From contig CAJFJM010000001.1 of assembly GCA_904384245.1 (NCBI GenBank), positions 21,252 through 85,251 of the forward strand: a DNA stretch of 64,000 bases, written 5' to 3'. Both the position numbers and the translations under genes were made by a program. This document shows, in pieces, positions 58,086 through 64,000 of the stretch; the first letter of the stretch is position 1; each line of letters starts with the position of its first letter. The stretch comes from an uncultured Clostridia bacterium. GTDB lineage: Bacteria; Bacillota; Clostridia; TANB77; CAG-508. The notes under the pieces were generated by a model that saw only the letters and a list, made by a program, of their open reading frames with translations, made no database searches and had not been told where the DNA came from.

Positions 58086-58910
58086 ATGTATAAATTTGTC
58101 GCAATAGATTTAGACGGAACAATGCTAAATAGTTATGGTATTGTAACAGAAAATACAAAAGAAGTTATAAAAAAAGTGATAGAAAAAGGAATTGATGTTA
58201 TTATAGCATCTGGAAGACCGATAGATTCAATAAAAACAATTGCAAAAGAAATAGGTTCAAATAAATATTTTATAGCAGGAAATGGAGCATTAGTATATGA
58301 TATACAAAATGAAGAAATTATATACGAAAAATATATTTCAAAAGAAAAAGCATTAGAAATTATAAAAATATGTGAAGAAAATAGTATATCATATAATCTT
58401 TATACAGAAACAACAATTATAGCAAAAGCATTAAAATATAATGTGCTTTATTATCATAAAGAAAATTTAAAAAAAGAAGAAAACAAAAGAACAAAAATTA
58501 CCATTATAGATGATATATATAATTATGTAAAAAATTTGGAAGAACCAAGATTTTTGAAAATTACAATATGTGATAGCAATAAATTTGTATTTCAATCAAT
58601 AATAAAAAAACTAAGAAAAGTAAATAATATTGAAGTATTAGATGTATCACATATGTCAAGAAAAGTTATTAAACAGGGAACAGAAGATATACCGATAGAA
58701 TATTACTATACAGAAATTTCACAAAAAGATGTTGATAAATGGAATGCAATTACTTTTTTAGCACAAAAAATGAATGTAAAAGAAGAAGAAATTATGGCAA
58801 TTGGAGATAATATCAATGATAAAAATATGATAAAAAATGCAAAACTTGGAATAACAATGGAGGGAAGTTCACCAGATATAATTGAAATAGCAGATATTGT
58901 GACTCGGTAG
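58086..58910 (+). CDS. Cof-type HAD-IIB phosphatase
   Basis: MYKFVAIDLDGTMLNS DxD motif; …GDNINDKNMI…; AGGAG RBS before ATG 58086. Confidence 0.85.
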   Translation: MYKFVAIDLDGTMLNSYGIVTENTKEVIKKVIEKGIDVIIASGRPIDSIKTIAKEIGSNKYFIAGNGALVYDIQNEEIIYEKYISKEKALEIIKICEENSISYNLYTETTIIAKALKYNVLYYHKENLKKEENKRTKITIIDDIYNYVKNLEEPRFLKITICDSNKFVFQSIIKKLRKVNNIEVLDVSHMSRKVIKQGTEDIPIEYYYTEISQKDVDKWNAITFLAQKMNVKEEEIMAIGDNINDKNMIKNAKLGITMEGSSPDIIEIADIVTR

Positions 58911-59116
58911 TAATGATGAAGAAGGTGTTGCAAATGCACTAATAAATTATTGTTTAAAATAAATATTACAAAAGCATTACAAAAATATTACAATGATATT
59001 AACTTTTCATGACACCCATGTTTTTTATTGATTTTACACTAACTTTGGTTTAAAATAAAATAAAGGTTATTTTGCAGAAATTATGCGAATTTATAAAAAT
59101 AAAGGAGGAATTTGGC

Positions 59117-60235
59117 ATGGCTATAAATCCAATGCAAAGAAAAGCAAGAAATTCATTTTTATTAGGAATGTTGTTAATGTTAGTAATAGCAGGAGCTGTT
59201 GTTGCATTACTAGTATTACAACTAAAAAATTATAAGGACGAGGAATTAGCAGAACAAGCTGCTAGTGTTAATATTGCAGTATTAAATCAAGATGTTAAAT
59301 CTGGACAAATTATAACTTCAGATATGCTTACAACACAAACAGTTAATAGAAATTATATTCCATCAGATGCTATAGGAGATGCAGCTATTTTAGAAAATTA
59401 CAATTTACAAGATAAAGAAGGAAATATAGTAACAACTGTATATGATGAAGATGAGGATACTTCAAAATTATACATAAATATCGATGGAAGAGATCAAGAA
59501 TTATTACAAGAAGAGGAAACAGGAAATTATTATATTCAAACAAATAATGATGAAAAACAATATATAGAGTTAAATTCAGTTCCTGTTGTGGCAAAAGTTG
59601 ATATGACAAAAAATACAATTTTAACAAGAGAACTTGTATCAAGAGCTGATAATACATCATCTGACGATGTTAGACAACAAGAATATAATATGATTGTATT
59701 ACCAATGCAAATTGAAACTGGAGATTATATAGATATTCGTTTATCATTACCTTCAGGACAAGATTATATTGTAGTATCTAAAAAAGAAGTAACAGTACCA
59801 GAAATAGCAGGATTACCATCAGAAAATACTATTTGGGTTAATTTATCAGAAGCAGAAATTATTTTATTAAATAATGCAATAGTTGAAGCATATAAAATAC
59901 CAGGAAGCAAAATATATGCAAACCTTTATACAGAACCTGGAATGCAAACAGCAGCTATTATAACATATACACCAAGTAGAGAAGTTGCAAACTTAATTGA
60001 TGCAGATCCAAATATTGTAGATAGAGCTAAGAGTGAATTACAAAGTCGTTATAATGCAGATCAAAGAAATAATGTTATAAATCAAGCTCTTCAAAACAAT
60101 GCTGATGAAGCAGATGCAAATGTGGAAGCAGGAGTAGAAGAGGAAGTTACAACAACACAAGAAAATAGAAAAAATTATTTAGATGGATTAGCAGGAGCAT
60201 CAAATACAACAAGTACTACTACAACAGCACAATAA
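59117..60235 (+). CDS. CpaB/RcpC-like Flp-pilus assembly protein with Thr/Ser-rich C-terminal tail
   Basis: AGGAGG RBS before ATG 59117; N-terminal TM, SAF-like segment (VVAKVDMTKNTILTRELV), …GDYIDIRLSLPSG…. Confidence 0.5.
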   Translation: MAINPMQRKARNSFLLGMLLMLVIAGAVVALLVLQLKNYKDEELAEQAASVNIAVLNQDVKSGQIITSDMLTTQTVNRNYIPSDAIGDAAILENYNLQDKEGNIVTTVYDEDEDTSKLYINIDGRDQELLQEEETGNYYIQTNNDEKQYIELNSVPVVAKVDMTKNTILTRELVSRADNTSSDDVRQQEYNMIVLPMQIETGDYIDIRLSLPSGQDYIVVSKKEVTVPEIAGLPSENTIWVNLSEAEIILLNNAIVEAYKIPGSKIYANLYTEPGMQTAAIITYTPSREVANLIDADPNIVDRAKSELQSRYNADQRNNVINQALQNNADEADANVEAGVEEEVTTTQENRKNYLDGLAGASNTTSTTTTAQ

Positions 60236-60260
60236 TATTATTAGAAAGGGAGAAAAACAG

Positions 60261-60953
60261 ATGAAAAAAATAGGGTTTATTGGAGCATATGATAAAACTG
60301 ATATGATTTTAAATGTAGCTAAAATAATGACAACAATGGGGCATAAAGTATTGCTAATAGATTCAACTTTAGATCAAAAGGCAAAATATATCGTACCTGT
60401 AATAAACCCTACTACATCTTATGTTACAAATTTTGAAGATATAGATGTTGCGGTAGGATTCAATAATCCAGAACAAATAAAACAGTATTTGGGAGTTTCT
60501 GGAGAGGAAATGAACTATGATGTATGGTTGATTGATGTTGATTCGGCTGAAAGAATAGAAACATTTGATATTTTAAAAGCTGATAAAAATTTCTTTGTTA
60601 CAGCTTTTGATTTATACTCATTAAAAAAAGGATTAGAAATTTTAAGTGAGATAAAAGAACCAATTGCATTAACAAAAGTTTTATTTGCAAAAGAGGTATT
60701 AAAGGAAGATGATGATTATTTAAATTTCTTATCTTTAGGATATAAAGTTATTTGGGATGAAGAAAGAATATATTTTCCAATAGAAAATGGTGATTGGTCA
60801 GTTCTTATTGAAAATCAAAGAGTTTCAAAAATAAAATTTAAAAGATTAAGTGCACAATATAAAGATAGCTTGGCTTTTATAGTATTAGAAGCATTAAATA
60901 CAAGTGATTCTAATGTAAGAAAAGCAATGAAAATTATAGAAAGAGGAGTTTAA
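60261..60953 (+). CDS. degenerate ParA/MinD-fold protein (no intact Walker A), TadZ/CpaE-like accessory
   Basis: 230 aa; …KIGFIGAYDKTDMILNVAKIMTTMGHKVLLID… fold-like but lacks GxxGxGK(S/T). Confidence 0.35.
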   Translation: MKKIGFIGAYDKTDMILNVAKIMTTMGHKVLLIDSTLDQKAKYIVPVINPTTSYVTNFEDIDVAVGFNNPEQIKQYLGVSGEEMNYDVWLIDVDSAERIETFDILKADKNFFVTAFDLYSLKKGLEILSEIKEPIALTKVLFAKEVLKEDDDYLNFLSLGYKVIWDEERIYFPIENGDWSVLIENQRVSKIKFKRLSAQYKDSLAFIVLEALNTSDSNVRKAMKIIERGV

Positions 60954-60954
60954 T

Positions 60955-61794
60955 ATGGCAATTATTACTTTTTATAATGCTAATAGCGAAGAAACGGGAA
61001 AAACATCATCACTAATAGCAATTGCAACATATATGTCTATAGAGCACAATGTTAAAAATTTAATTGTTTCTACTACTAATAAAGAAGACAGGATTAGAAG
61101 AGCTTATTGGAAAGAAGAAAAAAAGCCTAAATTTAGTTTTGGTATTTTTGGTCCAAACAAAAATAATATTTTGGAACAAGAAGGTGGTATTTTAGGATTA
61201 GCTAAGATGGCAAAAAGTAATAAAGTAGCACCTGAAATTATTACAAACTATACAAAAGTAGTTTTTAAAGATAGATTAGAAATACTTATAGGACCAGAAA
61301 AACAAATAGATGATATATATGAAGTATATCCAGATATATTAACAGTTGCAAACCAATATTATGATAGAATTTTTGTGGATTTAGATGACAATGTGCCAAA
61401 AGATATTGCAGAAAAAATATTAAAAAAATCAGATATTATTGTTATTTGTACAAATCAAAGATTAAGTAGTATTGAACAGGTAAGACAAAGAAAAGCAGAA
61501 GATCCTTTATTTAAATCAAGTAAAACAGTATTATTGATAGGAAGATATGATAAATATTCAAAATATAATATAAAAAATATTACTAGATATTTAGGAGAAA
61601 AAAATCAAGTACTTACAATACCATATAATACTTTATATTTTGAAGCAACAGATGAAGCTGGTGTACCAGATTTATTTTTAAAGTTCAAAAAATTTTTAGA
61701 CCCAGAAGACAGAAATGCATCTTTTGTTGAAGAAGTAAAAAGAGCTTCTGAAGGGATTATATATAGAATGCAATCAATTCAGGCAGGGTTATAG
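60955..61794 (+). CDS. degenerate ParA/MinD-like protein, TadZ/CpaE-like
   Basis: 279 aa; deviant P-loop region …NSEETGKTSSLIAIATYM…; 1-nt gap from the upstream gene. Confidence 0.4.
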   Translation: MAIITFYNANSEETGKTSSLIAIATYMSIEHNVKNLIVSTTNKEDRIRRAYWKEEKKPKFSFGIFGPNKNNILEQEGGILGLAKMAKSNKVAPEIITNYTKVVFKDRLEILIGPEKQIDDIYEVYPDILTVANQYYDRIFVDLDDNVPKDIAEKILKKSDIIVICTNQRLSSIEQVRQRKAEDPLFKSSKTVLLIGRYDKYSKYNIKNITRYLGEKNQVLTIPYNTLYFEATDEAGVPDLFLKFKKFLDPEDRNASFVEEVKRASEGIIYRMQSIQAGL

Positions 61795-61808
61795 AAAGGA
61801 GAATATCA

Positions 61809-63779
61809 ATGACTATAACTAATATTTTATTAACAATAGTTGTGTTAGTAGTAGCAATAGCAGCAATATACTATTATTTAAAAAAGAAAAAAAATCAAGA
61901 AGTAGAAACAACTATTAATGTAGATGACAAAACATATACATTAGATGTAATGAAAGAATTTGTTAAAAAAAGATTAGATGAAATAACAAAAGTAAACTTA
62001 TATGATATTGGTTTATCAGAAGAAGAGTTAAAAAGAAGAAAAAATAAGAAATATGAATTGAAAAAAGCTTTAAAAGGTTGTACATATGGAGATGTAAATG
62101 ATAAAAAATATGTACAAGAACTAATATTTGATTTACTTTCTAGTGAATATGGTGTAGATGAAACTAATATATCTAAAGCAATTCCATTTGATATTCCTTC
62201 TTTATTAACTGCACAAGATAAATTCGATATTTTAATTTATGCCTATAAAAAAGATTTTGGCTATGAAGCTCTAACAGAACTAATAAAGAAATATAATTTA
62301 GCAGAATTAAAATATGTAGAAGGAGAATCAAAACCTTCATATGTTATAACTGCAAAAGAAATAGAAGATATATATGAAAAAGAAAATATAGAATTAAGTT
62401 TTTCAGATAAATTATCTATTGTAGTTCAAAGAATATATCAACATTATAAAGGATATAGCACAATAGATGAAATAAGAGATATGAACATAGATGGTGTATC
62501 TGGTGGTGTATCTGGACTTCCAGAAAGTTTCTTAAGCCAAGTTGCACAAACTGCATCAGGAGATTATCTAAATCAAGTTGCAGAACATAAAGTACCAAGA
62601 GCATGTGATAGTATTTGGATATTTTTCCAAGGTAAATCTATACGTTTAGCGTTCTTATCATTTGGAACAGAAGCAGAACTAAAAAGGGTTTGTCAAAATA
62701 TATATAAATACAATAACCCAGGACAATTATCAGATACAAATGGTTATAAAATAAATGAAATGAAAGATGGTTCACGTGTCGTTGTTGTTAGACCAAGTTT
62801 CTCAGAAACATGGGCATTCTTTGTAAGAAAATTTGACGTAAAACGTGCAACACTAGAACAATTAGTAACTTTACCAGGAAAAGAAGATGCAATAGAATTA
62901 TTAAAATTCTTAGTAAAAGGAGCAAGAATCACAGCAATTACTGGTGAGCAAGGTTCTGGTAAAACAACATTACTTATGGGTATGATAGAAAATATTTATG
63001 AAACAATGAACATAAGGGTTCAAGAAACTGCATTCGAGCTTCACTTAAGAAAAATTTATCCTACAAGAAACATACTTACATTCCGTGAAACAGATACAAT
63101 TTCTGGACAAGAAGGTTTGGACGTTCAAAAGAAAACTGATGGTTCTGTTAACATCATAGGTGAGGTTGCAACAGACCCCGTAGCATCTTGGATGATACAA
63201 GCAGCCCAAGTTGCATCTAAATTTACATTATTCACACACCATGCTAAAACATTTCCAAACTTAGTTACAGCACTTCGTAACTCAATGTTAAGAACAGGAG
63301 TGTTCACAGATGAAAAAACAGCAGAGGAACAAGTTGTACAAGTACTAAACTTTGATATACACCAAGTAAAAGACTTTAGAGGACAAAGATATATAGAAAG
63401 AATTACAGAATGTATCCCAGTAGAAAGTAAAAATGAATATACATATGATCATAGAAATGAAAAGACATTAGAAGGAAAATTTGATAAATTCTTTGATAAT
63501 GCAACACATTATTTCACAAAATCAACAGATAGGCAATTATATACATATCGAAACATTATGGAATATATTGATGGAGAATATGTAATAACAAACCCAATTT
63601 CTGCACAAAACATCAAAGAAATGAGAAATAATATGGACGCAGCAGATGTAGAAGAATTTGATAAATTTGTTCAAAAACACTGGGGAAATCAATTAGAATC
63701 AGTATTAGTTTCAGCAGATCCTGATGAAACAGAAACAAAAAAAGTATCAAGAAGAGGTAGAAAACCAAAAGAAATATAG
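61809..63779 (+). CDS. CpaF/TadA-family secretion ATPase with about 200-aa N-terminal extension containing a TM helix
   Basis: Walker A GEQGSGKTT, …DGSRVVVVRP…RKF, …IIGEVATDP…, His-box FTHHAKT; N-terminal ILLTIVVLVVAIAAIYYYL TM. Confidence 0.7.
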   Translation: MTITNILLTIVVLVVAIAAIYYYLKKKKNQEVETTINVDDKTYTLDVMKEFVKKRLDEITKVNLYDIGLSEEELKRRKNKKYELKKALKGCTYGDVNDKKYVQELIFDLLSSEYGVDETNISKAIPFDIPSLLTAQDKFDILIYAYKKDFGYEALTELIKKYNLAELKYVEGESKPSYVITAKEIEDIYEKENIELSFSDKLSIVVQRIYQHYKGYSTIDEIRDMNIDGVSGGVSGLPESFLSQVAQTASGDYLNQVAEHKVPRACDSIWIFFQGKSIRLAFLSFGTEAELKRVCQNIYKYNNPGQLSDTNGYKINEMKDGSRVVVVRPSFSETWAFFVRKFDVKRATLEQLVTLPGKEDAIELLKFLVKGARITAITGEQGSGKTTLLMGMIENIYETMNIRVQETAFELHLRKIYPTRNILTFRETDTISGQEGLDVQKKTDGSVNIIGEVATDPVASWMIQAAQVASKFTLFTHHAKTFPNLVTALRNSMLRTGVFTDEKTAEEQVVQVLNFDIHQVKDFRGQRYIERITECIPVESKNEYTYDHRNEKTLEGKFDKFFDNATHYFTKSTDRQLYTYRNIMEYIDGEYVITNPISAQNIKEMRNNMDAADVEEFDKFVQKHWGNQLESVLVSADPDETETKKVSRRGRKPKEI

Positions 63780-63798
63780 GCATAGGAGGTGAAAGCAG

Positions 63799-64000
63799 GT
63801 GTCAAATCAAACCATATATATAATTATGGGGCTTGCAGCAGGATTATTTGTACTAATTATATTAGCATATTACATAATATCTAAAAAAATGCAAAAATCC
63901 GAATATAAAGCTATACAAAAATTGCAACAAGGTACAAAGCAAAAGAAATTTTCATTAGAAATCTTATATCAAAAATTATATATTACATATGTAAAAATAC
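63799..64000 (+). CDS. TadB/TadC-like membrane protein (5' part; runs off the window)
   Basis: AGGAGGTG RBS before GTG 63799; N-terminal TM IYIIMGLAAGLFVLIILAYYI. Confidence 0.35.
   Translation, partial: MSNQTIYIIMGLAAGLFVLIILAYYIISKKMQKSEYKAIQKLQQGTKQKKFSLEILYQKLYITYVKI

Overview
This window is a very AT-rich chromosomal segment from an endospore-forming Firmicute, most likely Clostridium-like. The evidence is spoIVA, dpaA/spoVFA, an alpha/beta-type SASP, whiA, a TIGR04086-type membrane protein and a Lon-related protease. The conserved backbone genes are ruvB, queH, polA, dxs, prmC, whiA, hemW, rlmN, uppP, hpf and tRNA-Met/tRNA-Gln. Several accessory or decayed regions are interleaved with them.

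(1) An OmpR-type response regulator, ABC ATPase, frameshifted ABC-2 permease and histidine kinase form one module, with four helically phased TTAACTAT repeats upstream and a Fic protein downstream.
(2) A MITE-like element with 42-bp inverted repeats sits upstream of dpaA.
(3) A frameshifted DUF1016 nuclease gene lies next to remnants of a mobilisable element: a Mob/Pre relaxase pseudogene and a serine-recombinase fragment.
(4) A strongly GC-shifted secreted-protein gene lies next to an Rpn-family nuclease gene.
(5) A transketolase N-subunit gene has no C-subunit partner. It is followed by a GC-rich, promoter- and terminator-delimited candidate ncRNA of about 330 nt, then a 650-aa protein with a giant poly-D/E tail sitting where prfA normally precedes prmC.
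(6) A non-coding region upstream of rlmN carries 32-bp x3 and about 80-bp x2 tandem repeats sharing a GGGACAYGCCATTTT core.
(7) Between tRNA-Met and tRNA-Gln there is a SipW signal-peptidase island: two paralogous proteins carrying SipW-type (TasA/BsaA-like) signal peptides, a membrane-anchored partner and a large secreted protein. A non-canonical pilin-like protein follows, and a Spo0A-box-like palindrome overlaps a consensus sigma-A promoter.
(8) A Tad/Flp-like locus follows: a CpaB-like protein, two degenerate ParA/MinD-like proteins, a CpaF-family ATPase with an unusual N-terminal transmembrane extension, and the start of a TadB-like protein.

All calls are from reading the sequence and ORF translations; no database searches were run. 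The two frameshifts could be sequencing artefacts.
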